Shown: piece after piece, positions 32,678 through 44,800 of the stretch
How the letters are laid out: the number at the start of each line of letters is the position of its first letter
How positions within the stretch are numbered: position 1 is the stretch's first letter
Origin: Albugo candida
Taxonomy: Eukaryota
DNA: 63,990 nt
Assembly: GCA_040437565.1 (NCBI GenBank)
Contig: JBDOQK010000048.1
Coordinates: 186,001-249,990, forward strand
Direction: 5' to 3'
The notes under the pieces: model-generated
Databases searched by the model: none
Told to the model about the DNA's origin: nothing
What the model saw: the letters and a program-made list of their open reading frames with translations, nothing else
Made by a program: the position numbers and the translations under genes

Positions 32678-35600
32678 ATGGGCGACAACGATACTCTCAC
32701 ACAATTGAGACATGTTCAACGCGCACATATTTCTGCTAAAATCTCCTGCAATCCATTTCCATCAGTTCGAACGCACACCGCAGAAAAACAACGCGCGCAT
32801 TCACAAAGCACATTCGAGACGCGCCGTTCTCAGCGCAATAAACTCGCTATGTCATCCCCACTCTGCAATTCTGTTGTCGACACTTTGAGCGCAAGAATCC
32901 AACATCCACGCATATCGACACTTTGTGCATGCATTTCGATGCAGCAGGAAGAAATACAAACGTTGAGACAGAATTTGAGAGAAACGCGATTCGAGCTGCT
33001 ACGAAGCGAAATAGAATATCAGGAGTTGTTTCAAGAGCGTAAGCTGATTCAAATCGAGACAGACGCACTCAATACCGACGTACAACGCTTAACGATGGAG
33101 CTCGGTCAGCGAGGTGAGCAAGTACGAAAGCTGTTAGAAAAGAGGAACCAATATAAAGCAAAGTATAAGCATTCGGAGCGGGAGAAACAAGTATCTGAGC
33201 GAAAAATACACGAAATTCGCGCTGAAAGCGATCAATTACTACAGCAAGTACAAAAAGCTCGTGACGCGCGAGACCGCATGCAACATCTTTACATTCAGCT
33301 TAAAGACGCTGCAACTTCTTCACTATCCGCACAGTTGTCATCGCAAGTCGCAATTGAGCCCGTATCGGAAATCTCTCTTGTAGAGTGGAAACGAATTTAT
33401 CGGCGTCGTATCCATAAAGTTGCGGTGAGCACACTTTTGGGCATGCGGACGCTCCGGAAGTCTTTGTTTTGTATTCGGGCTCCTGCATTCGAGCTTCGAG
33501 AAGAAATGCTGAGGTTCACAGCTGCGTTACACGGTCCATTAATGAGTCTTGTGAAGCACTCACAAAAGGCTGAGAGTGCGTGTGCCAAAGCTTTATTGTT
33601 GGACAGTTCTTTACAAAGCTCACAACTCGCACGCTGTCAATTACAGGAAGAATTGTGGAGGTCACGGAACAACGTCTCACTTGTGTGCCAATTGTATTAT
33701 CCGTATGAAAATACAGAGGAAAACCCAGGCAAGAAAGTCGTTTTTCTGGAGGAAAACACGCACGACGGTCTTTTGGATGTGTCGATCGATGAGGCAAATC
33801 GACAAGTGGTCCTACGGGATCACAGTCGATCTCAAAAGCGGGAAAAATGCTCGACACTGGAAATTCGGCTTGACTGTATCGAGTCGGATGGACCGGGTAT
33901 TCAAGACGTTGAGAGTTTCTGTCCCTTGTTGGAAAGTGTGTTGGATGGGTACAACGGCCTTTGTCTCTATATTGACACACTCGCATCCACCGGATCATTT
34001 GAAGACGGTCTGAAAGTCTTAAATGCACTTTACGATAAAAGTGCACGCAAGTCTTCTCAGGGCGCTTTGCGTCATTTTAAGCTGAAAATGAGCTTTGCTG
34101 CTGTTTACGGTGACAATGTTTGCGACTTGTTGACGTCGAATCTGAGCGTTCTTCCAGTGACAACTGAGTACGAACCGCTGCTTACTTTTGTGGAGAGAGA
34201 TTTCGATGAGGCTAGTGATCTGATGATGAAAGGAGTGGCCAGGCTGAACACTGAAAGTGGACACAGTATGCGATCAGCGCATCGAGTCCTTACAGTGAAC
34301 GTGATATTTGAAAAAGGGTCGACTGCGTACACCACAAAACTTCAAATTCTGCAATCGACTGGAAAGCAGATTCCTGAAATTGGAGCTCTTCTACAGCTTT
34401 TAGAAGATGCTCGTACCAGCGAGGAGATCGAGACACATCAAAATCGGGCTCTCCTTTCACTTCTGAAAGATACCACGCGATCGAACGATAAGCTCCTTTT
34501 GGTGTTGAACGTACCCGCTACCTCCACTCAGCGCTCGCTTCCAATCGATTCGGACACATTCCGCATGTTTCAGGCAATACAGGGTATTCGTGTAATAAAT
34601 CGACAGCAGATACCGCCCATATTCGAAGCTCATCCACCAGGGGCACCACATACGCTCCCCAAATCCGAAAGCTTAAACGACACACACGATGAAAAACCCG
34701 GTAGAATTCGACCACAATCTCCACAATATTCCGTGTATGCAAAACAGCTAACAGAGCGCCTGAACGTCAAAGCCTCAGCTCAAATGAAACCCTTATCGAA
34801 AGAAAATAGCGAGACGAAAATGAGTGAAATTCCGAGAATTCCGCCCAAATTGCTGCTTGATTCCTCAATAAAGAGAATTGCATCGCGAGCACCGTCTCCA
34901 CTCAACAAACATGCAGACAGATGTCTTTCCGCTTCCAAAATTCGCGTTCCTCAGGGAGCAGCAGCTCGAATGGATGCTGTCAAGGTGATAGAGCCAAAAC
35001 AAAGGGTACAAGAAAGATTGGGCGGCGTCTTATTAAGCACAAAACAGGCACAAGCGTATGAGAAGCAAATTGTCGAAAAAAACAAACTTTTGGCTTCTGA
35101 TTCCTTTCGCACACTTTCCAGTCGTCCAACTGTTCCACAAATCGGAATTAATCGAATTCGAACACCGACATCTAACGCGAAAAACGCTNNNNNNNNNNNN
35201 NNNNNNNNNNNNNNNNNNNNNNNNNNNNNNNNNNNNNNNNNNNNNNNNNNNNNNNNNNNNNNNNNNNNNNNNNNNNNNNNNNNNNNNNAACCCGGTAGAA
35301 TTCGACCACAATCTCCACAATATTCCGTGTATGCAAAACAGCTAACAGAGCGCCTGAACGTCAAAGCCTCAGCTCAAATGAAACCCTTATCGAAAGAAAA
35401 TAGCGAGACGAAAATGAGTGAAATTCCGAGAATTCCGCCCAAATTGCTGCTTGATTCCTCAATAAAGAGAATTGCATCGCGAGCACCGTCTCCACTCAAC
35501 AAACATGCAGACAGATGTCTTTCCGCTTCCAAAATTCGCGTTCCTCAGGGAGCAGCAGCTCGAATGGATGCTGTCAAGGTGATAGAGCCAAAACAAAGGG

Positions 35601-35815
35601 TACAAGAAAGATTGGGCGGCGTCTTATTAAGCACAAAACAGGCACAAGCGTATGAGAAGCAAATTGTCGAAAAAAACAAACTTTTGGCTTCTGATTCCTT
35701 TCGCACACTTTCCAGTCGTCCAACTGTTCCACAAATCGGAATTAATCGAATTCGAACACCGACATCTAACGCGAAAAACGCTCAGCAACCACAGCGAAGA
35801 GCGCCATTCAGATAA
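32678..35815 (+). CDS. Coiled-coil protein with a degenerate kinesin-14 motor-homology domain (start uncertain; later ATGs at 32849 and 32939)
   Basis: A long coiled coil is followed by ordered relics of kinesin-14 motifs (EELWRSRNNVSLVCQL, PLLESVLDGYNG, SFAAVYGDNVCDLL, HSMRSAHRVLTV, LLSLLKDT...KLLLVLNVP), with no P-loop and no DLAGSE. 594 nt of the tail is gap plus duplicate. Confidence 0.8.
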   Translation: MGDNDTLTQLRHVQRAHISAKISCNPFPSVRTHTAEKQRAHSQSTFETRRSQRNKLAMSSPLCNSVVDTLSARIQHPRISTLCACISMQQEEIQTLRQNLRETRFELLRSEIEYQELFQERKLIQIETDALNTDVQRLTMELGQRGEQVRKLLEKRNQYKAKYKHSEREKQVSERKIHEIRAESDQLLQQVQKARDARDRMQHLYIQLKDAATSSLSAQLSSQVAIEPVSEISLVEWKRIYRRRIHKVAVSTLLGMRTLRKSLFCIRAPAFELREEMLRFTAALHGPLMSLVKHSQKAESACAKALLLDSSLQSSQLARCQLQEELWRSRNNVSLVCQLYYPYENTEENPGKKVVFLEENTHDGLLDVSIDEANRQVVLRDHSRSQKREKCSTLEIRLDCIESDGPGIQDVESFCPLLESVLDGYNGLCLYIDTLASTGSFEDGLKVLNALYDKSARKSSQGALRHFKLKMSFAAVYGDNVCDLLTSNLSVLPVTTEYEPLLTFVERDFDEASDLMMKGVARLNTESGHSMRSAHRVLTVNVIFEKGSTAYTTKLQILQSTGKQIPEIGALLQLLEDARTSEEIETHQNRALLSLLKDTTRSNDKLLLVLNVPATSTQRSLPIDSDTFRMFQAIQGIRVINRQQIPPIFEAHPPGAPHTLPKSESLNDTHDEKPGRIRPQSPQYSVYAKQLTERLNVKASAQMKPLSKENSETKMSEIPRIPPKLLLDSSIKRIASRAPSPLNKHADRCLSASKIRVPQGAAARMDAVKVIEPKQRVQERLGGVLLSTKQAQAYEKQIVEKNKLLASDSFRTLSSRPTVPQIGINRIRTPTSNAKNAXXXXXXXXXXXXXXXXXXXXXXXXXXXXXXXXXXPGRIRPQSPQYSVYAKQLTERLNVKASAQMKPLSKENSETKMSEIPRIPPKLLLDSSIKRIASRAPSPLNKHADRCLSASKIRVPQGAAARMDAVKVIEPKQRVQERLGGVLLSTKQAQAYEKQIVEKNKLLASDSFRTLSSRPTVPQIGINRIRTPTSNAKNAQQPQRRAPFR
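34695..35782. repeat. 494-bp duplicate flanking gap 35189-35288
   Basis: 34695-35188 matches 35289-35782. Confidence 0.9.
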
Positions 35816-35827
35816 TAACATTAAAAA

Positions 35828-36703
35828 ATGACAGTACACATTTCGGAAAACGCAGATGACGTGGGGAAAGCGGTAGGCGCATTGGTGGACACATTGAGCT
35901 CAAATGCGATACAAACAAACGGGCGATTCACAATCGCCATCTCTGGAGGATCCCTCCCCAAAGTACGTCCCAATTGCTGCAGTCTCAAGCATTTAGTGAA
36001 CGTCATGACAGATTTTACAAAGCGGATTGGAAGCGATGGCGTCGGCAAATATCGACTTTACAAAATGGCACGTATTTTTCGCAGATGAGCGTTGTGTGGC
36101 TTTGGATCATGCTGACAGCAATTATAGAGCGTGTCATGAAGCGTTCTTCAGTCGGGTAGGTTTTCGAGTCGCAAAACAGCTTCTAAGCAGTTTTGTTGTT
36201 GAAAGGTGTCGATCCCAAGAGATCAGATTTACACCATCGATTCCGTCGACGATTCGAGCAAGGCAGCAAAGATTTATGAAGACCAGCTCCGTAATGTGTT
36301 TGGCGAGCCTGATGTACCCACTTTCGATCTCATATTGCTGGGAATGGGTCCAGACGGACACACTTGCTCATTGTTCCCCGACCATCCTCTGCTCTTGGAG
36401 AAGACGAAATGGGTCGCTAGAATACAGGATTCACCAAAACCACCAGCAGAACGCATCACATTGACGCTTCCTGTGGTCAACAATGCACATCATGTAAGGC
36501 CTGTGATCGCTTATGGATGTTTGCTTATAGTCGTTCTTCAGGTCGCTTTTGTCGTCACGGGAGCCAACAAAGCAGAAACACTACAAGCGATTTTGCAAAA
36601 CGAAAAGATCGTGGAAGCTCAAAAATTACCTGCAGGGATGATTCAACCTCGTCAAGGCAAAGTTGAATGGTTTCTGGATGCAGCAGCAGCTTCCAAATTG
36701 TGA
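35828..36703 (+). CDS. PGLS: 6-phosphogluconolactonase (242 aa, four exons)
   Basis: Introns 35963-36011, 36156-36205 and 36494-36541. Motifs [65 protein letters not shown]. Confidence 0.96.
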
Positions 36704-36866
36704 TCAAGTGTTTGGGAGCATGGCAGCCTGTTGATAGTCAAGTTCAATCGATGATAACCTTTCGGAATGAATAAAGTGGTATGGAACAATACGACGAAAA
36801 GCACTTTGGAAGCTAATATATCTCTCAATATCAATACGTTTGAAATCAAAATGATCTGGTGCATTG

Positions 36867-38672
36867 CTATCCAACCAATACGAGTCCAAAAGTCAATCCG
36901 AACGCAAGCATCCAAATAGGAGACAAATCGGTCGCTCCATTGCGCTTGGATCTCGTCGTTGGGACGCTCAACACGTCAGTGGGATATTGAGATGCATCAA
37001 AAGAGCGTAGAGCCGGTGTAATCGTTTCTTCTTCACTCAATGCCGCTTTTGCTTTGGCCAAAATTGGGAATGTAAAGTTGCCAGTGTCACACTTTTCTTC
37101 GGATTTGCACGGCTGACATATCTGCACGTAACCGTTCCGTTTGCACCCATTACCGCTTCCGCACTGCTTCACGTTATAATAACACGGCGGATTTCTCGCA
37201 GTGAGCTCGTCGAGCGTCGGCAGAGGTCGGAAATGCGCAATCACATTCGATGGAATTTGCNNNNNNNNNNNNNNNNNNNNNNNNNNNNNNNNNNNNNNNN
37301 NNNNNNNNNNNNNNNNNNNNNNNNNNNNNNNNNNNNNNNNNNNNNNNNNNNNNNNNNNNNACTTTTCTTCGGATTTGCACGGCTGACATATCTGCACGTA
37401 ACCGTTCCGTTTGCACCCATTACCGCTTCCGCACTGCTTCACGTTATAATAACACGGCGGATTTCTCGCAGTGAGCTCGTCGAGCGTCGGCAGAGGTCGG
37501 AAATGCGCAATCACATTCGATGGAATTTGCAGTGAGCTTTTCGATCGATAGATTTCCGTATACGTCTCAATGACTTTTTGGACACGTTTCGCGTTTGCGG
37601 CTTCACTGGTGGCATTCCTCCAAAACGATAAACCTTGTTCGAACGTGCCGGTTTTATTATCCGCAGCGAATTCGACGTGACTTTCGCTTGCATTACACCA
37701 GTCACTAAAGGTTGTAAACGGTTTTCCCGTACGTTCGTTGAGAATACTTGTGATTCCAACAACATCATCGATCGGCACCCAGCCTAGAATCGAGTATGCA
37801 AACGTACAATCTACGCCATTTGGTGCGACTCCAAGCTCACAAAGTCCAGGTCGACTCGCTTTGCGACAATCTTCTGTTTTCCCGTTCTGATTTGATTTTG
37901 TTGAACAGCTGTTTGGGAAGGAAAACATGAATGCACCAGGATACGGAGCACGCGTGTCGGTGATCGTATTCGCACCAACAAATGGACCCAGATTCGGCTG
38001 CCCATTCTCGCCACTGAATTGGTAACATTCGACGGGAAGTTTGCCCGAGTCGTCTAATGGCTCACACTGACCGTCTTTCATGGGAACCAAAGGACCATAC
38101 TCGTTCACTTTCCACGACTCTGCGAATTGGGAAATGGTCTCGTTAGTTTGCACCATTTCAATGCTGTAAAAGACGAGATTTTTCGCTCCATATTTGCGCT
38201 CACACCGTTTCGACGGAGGACGCTGATGTGAATTGATACATTCAGCCTGCACGAATCGCAAGGCCCCTTCGATGGAAAACGTGTTGACAGTGTCGAGTCC
38301 GGCTTGATACGCTTTGGCCACGTCGTTCACATTCAGTCGGGTCGATGAAACGAAGCGATCATTCATCAAAACGGGATGCTCATTCTCCACACGACTGTGA
38401 ACAAATCGCACTTTCTTCATCTGATACGCATCTCCGGTCGGTTTGACCACATTTCCATCAAGCGGATCGGGAAAGTAGCCGTTTATATCGAGCGCACTTG
38501 ACTTGATCGAAGAGTTTGGTAGCTTCTCACTCAGTGTTCCAGAATACAAGCTGCTTGTGGATGAGATCATCGTATTCAGAATTTGACCAGGAACGCAATC
38601 CAAGCAGCAGATAAGTACCATCGATACGCTTTTAAGCATTCGCTTCGTATTGATTTGAGCTGAAGACGCCAT
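36867..38672 (-). CDS. Cys-rich secreted, probably GPI- or membrane-anchored protein of unknown function (about 511 aa collapsed); paralog of 1..1129
   Basis: N-terminal hydrophobic stretch, many Cys, and a C-terminal small-residue site plus hydrophobic tail (NGATDLSPIWMLAFGLTFGLVLVG). Colinear identity blocks with the 1..1129 protein. Confidence 0.85.
   Translation of the reverse strand: MASSAQINTKRMLKSVSMVLICCLDCVPGQILNTMISSTSSLYSGTLSEKLPNSSIKSSALDINGYFPDPLDGNVVKPTGDAYQMKKVRFVHSRVENEHPVLMNDRFVSSTRLNVNDVAKAYQAGLDTVNTFSIEGALRFVQAECINSHQRPPSKRCERKYGAKNLVFYSIEMVQTNETISQFAESWKVNEYGPLVPMKDGQCEPLDDSGKLPVECYQFSGENGQPNLGPFVGANTITDTRAPYPGAFMFSFPNSCSTKSNQNGKTEDCRKASRPGLCELGVAPNGVDCTFAYSILGWVPIDDVVGITSILNERTGKPFTTFSDWCNASESHVEFAADNKTGTFEQGLSFWRNATSEAANAKRVQKVIETYTEIYRSKSSLQIPSNVIAHFRPLPTLDELTARNPPCYYNVKQCGSGNGCKRNGYVQICQPCKSEEKXXXXXXXXXXXXXXXXXXXXXXXXXXXXXXXXXXQIPSNVIAHFRPLPTLDELTARNPPCYYNVKQCGSGNGCKRNGYVQICQPCKSEEKCDTGNFTFPILAKAKAALSEEETITPALRSFDASQYPTDVLSVPTTRSKRNGATDLSPIWMLAFGLTFGLVLVG
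37091..37530. repeat. 170-bp duplicate flanking gap 37261-37360
   Basis: 37091-37260 matches 37361-37530. Confidence 0.9.
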
Positions 38673-38875
38673 ATTTTATAATGAGCATCCTCAACATGAA
38701 AGTCCACGGCCACATTCTATAGAATCCCAAAGAGTGGGACTTTGACACAAAATTGAATCTTTAAATCGCTGCGTCATACTCCCGGCATCCAATCCCAAGC
38801 TCTACACATTTATATCTGGCTATCTTGGACCGGATATTCCCACTCTTCCGGTTGTGACACGTGCAAAGTCCTGTG

Positions 38876-41800
38876 TTACCTGACAACGCGAGTATTGAAA
38901 ACCCATTCGCGCATATTTTTGCTTCGATAGTGAGGATACGCTTCCAGAATCTTCTCATAGTTATCGAGCGTGAGACAGAAAACACTGCAAGTATGAAGGG
39001 CGATACATGTAGCTGTTCTCGGAGTTCCAAAGATGAGAGAACGCTCTCCAAAGTACCCAAATGATCCGATGACGCGTTGAGCTTCCGTCGTTTTCACCTG
39101 CACTTGTCTTGCTGTGTTTATTTCGCCCGAGTTCTTTGCTGGAGGCGCATTGACAGCTGGACTGATCTCTGTCGTTTTTTCAGCAGCATTTCGACTGCTT
39201 TCCTCACGCTGTTGCGTCATGGCCACCATATCGATTGTGGGTCCCTGAATCCAAGCTTTTGACTTGGAAAGACGTGCTTGATCCTGTAGTGTCTTGGCTA
39301 TTGAGTAAAAGTTGGGGGCTGCAAGAATGGATTTCTCGAGCATTTTGGTCGCTTTCTGATGATCGCTGTCTTCGGCCAGCGCTGCTGTCAACTCTGGCGT
39401 GACTTTGACGATATTCCCTTGCTTCTCAGCTTCTTGTGCTTCGCGTGACGCAGCTGGCACAGTTGACACTCGGACAATTCTTACGGATACCAGACCGCTC
39501 TCAATGATGTACAGACTTCTGCCCAAGTCTCCGTGCTGAATGATGACGTCATTGGTGACGTAGATCTCGTTCCGCATCGCTGTGACGATGGATTCAGCAA
39601 AAGAATACTCACAAGTGTCAAAAAGTCGAACATTTCGAATGAGATTCCCGTGGACATAGAGAGCAATTCGTCGCTTCACTGAAGCTGTAAGTCCTCGCAG
39701 CATCTCTTCCTCATTCATCCCTTTCGTTTCATGCCAAAGAAGCGAGAAATACGCCTGCATTTGCTTCCAGCTTTGACTTGGAAATTCATGGAAAATCATG
39801 TAATGATTCGCCTGCGCTACCCGCTGCTCAAATTGAGCTCTGCGGCCTACTTCCATTTCAAATATCTTGAAATAAACACCCGAAAGCATACTGAAGACCC
39901 CGATCGACAGGAAAATCACGACAAGTGTCACGATATTTTCAAAATAGTTCATGGGTAAAATGTCGCCGTAGCAAACGGTTGTGATGGCTCCGATGCTGAA
40001 ATGCACCGAGCGCGAATATTTAGATAAGATTGGAAAGTCGTACAGCTCGTCCAGGTTCTTGAGACCGTGAAATGACAGCATTCCCGGGGCCGTAAGCCAG
40101 GACGCCATGTTCTGATGCTTATAGTAACTCCAGTAAGATGAGCTGTAAAACACACACGCAATCCAATGCGTTCCAATGATGAAATCAAGCATCAATTGCC
40201 CGAGATAAAAGTACGTCGGTGATAATCTGGCCACTTTACGTTCATACAGCACATAGTATTTGATTTTCTCGTGCAATTGATGCACTTCCAAGCCACGTAA
40301 CACCTTTGTAACACGGAATGTCGAAAGAGAGTACAGGAAATGGTCAATGAAAAATGAAGACGTCAGATGTACACGGAACAGGAAGCACGCAAAAGTCGGG
40401 ACCAATTCGAATGGAAGGATTGCAATCAAATCGCGGACATAAGACCCGTGTTCGTAATAATTCCGAGTGATTTCTGTGCGATCTGTCACGCGTTCACCTT
40501 CACGCAAAAACGTGAAATAATTGCGACAGAGAATGAAATTCATAACACTGACAACGTCGATCACTGCGAACTCGATCGCAAACCACATTAGAAATTGAGC
40601 TCGGTGATCACTACTGTCCAAACGATCTTGAAGAAAACTCGCACGAAAAGGGATCGCGAATATGCAATAATAGTCAACAAGCAGCATGACGATGTCCCAT
40701 CCGTGTCGAAATTTAGGTGCATTCAGAAACGAGGCAAATGTTCGGGTCGGTGGAACAGCCCAAATCAAGTACGGATTCACTCCCGAGTCCTTGCTGGACC
40801 CTAATAAGCCTGCGGCCTGTGGGATTCGAGAGGTATGAAGGGATTGTCTGCGTCCCTGTGAAAGCGCTGGTATGACCGATGCAGCACTCTTCCTAGACAT
40901 TGTGCGCTGGATTGTGGATTTGTAAGACTCAATTTGACGCTTGGAGGCGTATTCATTCGCACACGACCATTTGTTCTCAATCTGCTTTACTATTCGTGAG
41001 AGATAGACTTCGATTTGGTCCATGTTGAGCAAATTCTGCTTCCGTGCTTGTTGAACGTCTCCAAACGAATGTCTGCGTTTCAAACGAGGCTTTGACTCAA
41101 CTTCCACAATATCAAAGTCACATCGAGCTTTGTTATCGAAACGATACTGTCCCTCGTGATGATTATTCAGTTGTTTACTGATATGATGCCACAACGTATC
41201 AATTAATCGAAGAGCCCAAACTCGCTTCAGGTGGCGACGCCATCGAACGACTACATCACTAGAAAATCGCACTTTCACCTTCATTTTTCGACACTTTCGC
41301 GTACCACCGGATGCTTGCAGTCTACGGGTCAGATTCGAATTTTGCTTTATTCCACTAACTATCGACTTTAACGTTTTCGGTGCATCCAAAGCCGGGCCCT
41401 GCATCAGCCGTCTTTCAGATAATGGAAGCGAGGGCGATTCCCTAGTGGACGCTTGACTTTTTTCATAAAGGTCTTTGGACGAGCAAACAAGCCCAAGAAT
41501 CTCTGCTGCTTCGACTTTAAATGTGTCGGGCATCTGATGCACTTTGTGAGTACTGAGACTTACTTTCTTTTGTAGCTTCTCACGCTTTGAAGTAGATCTC
41601 CCGCCATCATTTTGTGATCCCTTCTCTGGGTAAGAGCTTGCCAATTTACTCACAAACACATCGATGGATGAGGAATGAGCTTTGATGCTTCTACCGCTTC
41701 GTGGCTCAATATCAGCCCTTGTCGATTTCACAGACGTCGGAGTATCCGCAGTTTGAGGCTGAATGGAGACGTAATTTTGCTGCTCTAAAGAATTCAATTT

Positions 41801-44800
41801 GTCATGTGTACCTTCAAAGCCACAATACGTAAGGGAATCGAGTGCTTGCAAATTGATTCCTGTGCCTCCATCAAAGAACCAATCGTCCGATACGGATACG
41901 GTGGATCCTTCAGCTCTGGAGGCGAAATTCTTCATAATGTTCAAATATGACAGAGCTACTCCATGATACTTTTTCTTCAGCCTTGTAACGATTTTATTCT
42001 CCAGCTGCATGCGCTGAGCTGGAGGCCATAAACGCTTCCAATTATTCTGATTCAGAACTAATAACTGCGAACTATGAGCAGCTCGCAGGGATGCTAGACG
42101 AACGGAGTTAGGCAGGAAGAAAGAGAACTCGCCAAACATATCCCCGGGACTGAGTGCCGCAAAAATCAAGCGAGATCTTGGCGCAAAAATCTCACCACAG
42201 CCATCCTTCAATATGTATACATTTCTTCCTGCACAAGTCGCGTCCACAATTACATCACCTTGGAGGTAAATTTCGAGTGTCAAAACTGAGGCGACGGCCT
42301 CGACTTGGGCATTGGTGAGCATATCAAACTCTGGTAAGGCTCGAACGAAATCCCCATACAGCTCTTCAAAGAGCTGAATATGCAGCGATGGAGGCAGTAA
42401 GTCGAAAACTTCATGTGGAATTAATTGAAGATAGCATTTCGACTTGTACTCGAGACTGGCCATCGCATGTCGACGCAACGCTGAGGGAAGGTTTCGACGT
42501 TTGGCATATTGCTCAAAACTCTCGACACGCTCATGCTGCTCTTTCGAAGCTTTGTCCAGAGTTATGATCAAAGTGCTAATTCGACCGATAACTTGCCCGA
42601 TAAAGATCCATCCCAAAATGCATATGAAAATAGAGAACACCGTTTCTAAAAAATTTCGAGCCACAATGTCACCAAAGCAATCGACTGTGAACTATTCAGA
42701 GCAGACGAATAAGAGAGAGCTTGTGGAGAAGTCAAGACATCACGTACCGTTGACAAGCACCAATACATTGCTCGTAGATAATGTATCGAAATCGAATCTG
42801 GGTATTCCAAAAGAATCGAATCCACATTCACCCAGCTCTGGTCCGCGATACCGTGTTTCAGCTGAAGTACACCGAGCATGTAATATAAACTTGCGACGTA
42901 ATGAGCCGTGGATAGAAAAATGATGAAAAATTTGAATAAATCAAAAAGACTTGACGCCATTGTGCTTCCATGCATATACTCCTCCTGAATCTTTTTTTGG
43001 ACGTTGTTGACAAAGTCGCTGAGTTGGGGACTTCGCAATAATCTCGGGAGACGAGCTACAGTCGCCAAATAATAGTTGTTTCCGACATAATAGATCGGCA
43101 GCATACTCCAGCAGTCGAGTGTAAACCATCCTTTTTTCCTGTATCGCTGTCGTATCAAAACGGGATCGAGAATTTTCTCTCGATATTCAGTATAGCCAAA
43201 GCGTTTGAGCTTCCAGTAAATGTCCAGGTACAAACAGAAATCGCATGAATAATCGATAATTGTGAGTTTGAGCATTGTAGAAGATGATGGTTGTGGCAAG
43301 AATGCGAGTCGGAACACAATTTGATAAAAGTTGTACACGACAATCGCTGTAATAACGCGATGCCAATAGACCACAAAAGTGCTCTTTGGGTCGAAAATAA
43401 CTGACCTGCTGGTGCCCACATTCGTCCCTACATTCGAAGGCCGAAGCTTTGGCGTCACATTTCGTAAAATATGGTTCAGACTCGTTTGTATCCAGGCTGT
43501 AAACGATAAAGATATGACTCGTGACTTGGACGCTAAAAACGAGCTTCGAGCATTTTGACTCATTCCGCATTGCCTTGTGATTTTCGGATACTTTATCAAA
43601 TTCTGCCCAATCTTTTTCAAAATCTCTTTTTCTTCCGCCACGTACCCATTGATTGCATAGTAGACGTCAGCAAAAACACTTGGGTATTTTTGTACAAGGT
43701 TTAGAAAATCTTGTCGCTGGATAACTGTAATCTGAACTCCAGATACTGCTCGCGCGCTGAATTGATATAAATGTCTCTGTGACAAGATACTCTCTTCACC
43801 GAAACAATCTCCACGTTTCAGAAAAGTGATGGGAACAGAGAAGCGATCAAAATCCGCTCTTTGATCGAAACTTGCGCGGGGAGTTGCAAAAATATGTCGA
43901 TTCGACTTGTGGCCAATTTTTAAAGCTTTAGGGCCTTTGGTGAAATGGGTGCTTGCCAATGTCACCGCATTACGTTTGTGTCCGCTTGTTGTGTGATTGT
44001 TCTCACTTTTGCGTTGGAAATAGCCTCGGATACCGCTAGCTGGATATCGCGTGCTCGATGAAAGAGCATGAGATGACAATGCGCCCAAATTTGCCAAAAG
44101 TTCCACTTCACCGGTCTGAACGATAAACATGGCTGACGCCATATGCTCTGCACGCATGATAACAACATTTCGAAGAAAAATCTGTGTCTTTGCTACTTGA
44201 GCTAATTCTTGGAGCACAATCCCCTCCATTCCATACAACGTGTCACAAGCGAGTGATCGGAAGGAATGAGAATGTTTTAAATCATCTGCGTAGATGGAAG
44301 CACAAACACGTTTTCTCTGTGAAGGCGGAAAATGTTCTTCCATCTCGTCTTCATCAAGCGCGCTACCATTAAGCTTCCACATTGTCGCATAATACTGGCG
44401 GATAATCGCTTTGGTAGAGCTAGATACTTGCGTCATTGTTAAAAGTGTAAGGTTCTGTCGCTCCAAGCGTTCGCGGCGAACAGCTTCGAGAATGTTGACT
44501 TGAGACAAAGCGCTTGTGATAATAGAGCCCATCAAATAACATACGATGGCGCCCATGAAAATCCAAATGCTTCCAACAATTGTTTCCTCGGTCGAAAAAG
44601 ACACGATATCGCCAAAGCCGACAGTGGATATCAATACTATGCTCCAGTAATACGAGCGCGTGAATGGAGAATCAATTTTATATGTGCTCTGATCATACAG
44701 ATACCACGAACAGTTTCCATGTACGCTTGCATCTCCAAGACAACTATACGCGGATGAGACTTGGACATTCTCATCGCGATGGTAGCTGAACTTGTCAGAA

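Noticed and set aside
34695-35782. Apparent long internal protein repeat in the pseudokinesin tail
   Set aside because: Identical copies separated by exactly 100 N; in frame only by coincidence.
36867-38672. Possible RxLR / CHxC / CCG effector (also checked 1..1129)
   Set aside because: No RxLR-dEER, CHxC or CxxCxxxxxG after the signal region. The hydrophobic C-terminal anchor suggests a surface protein.
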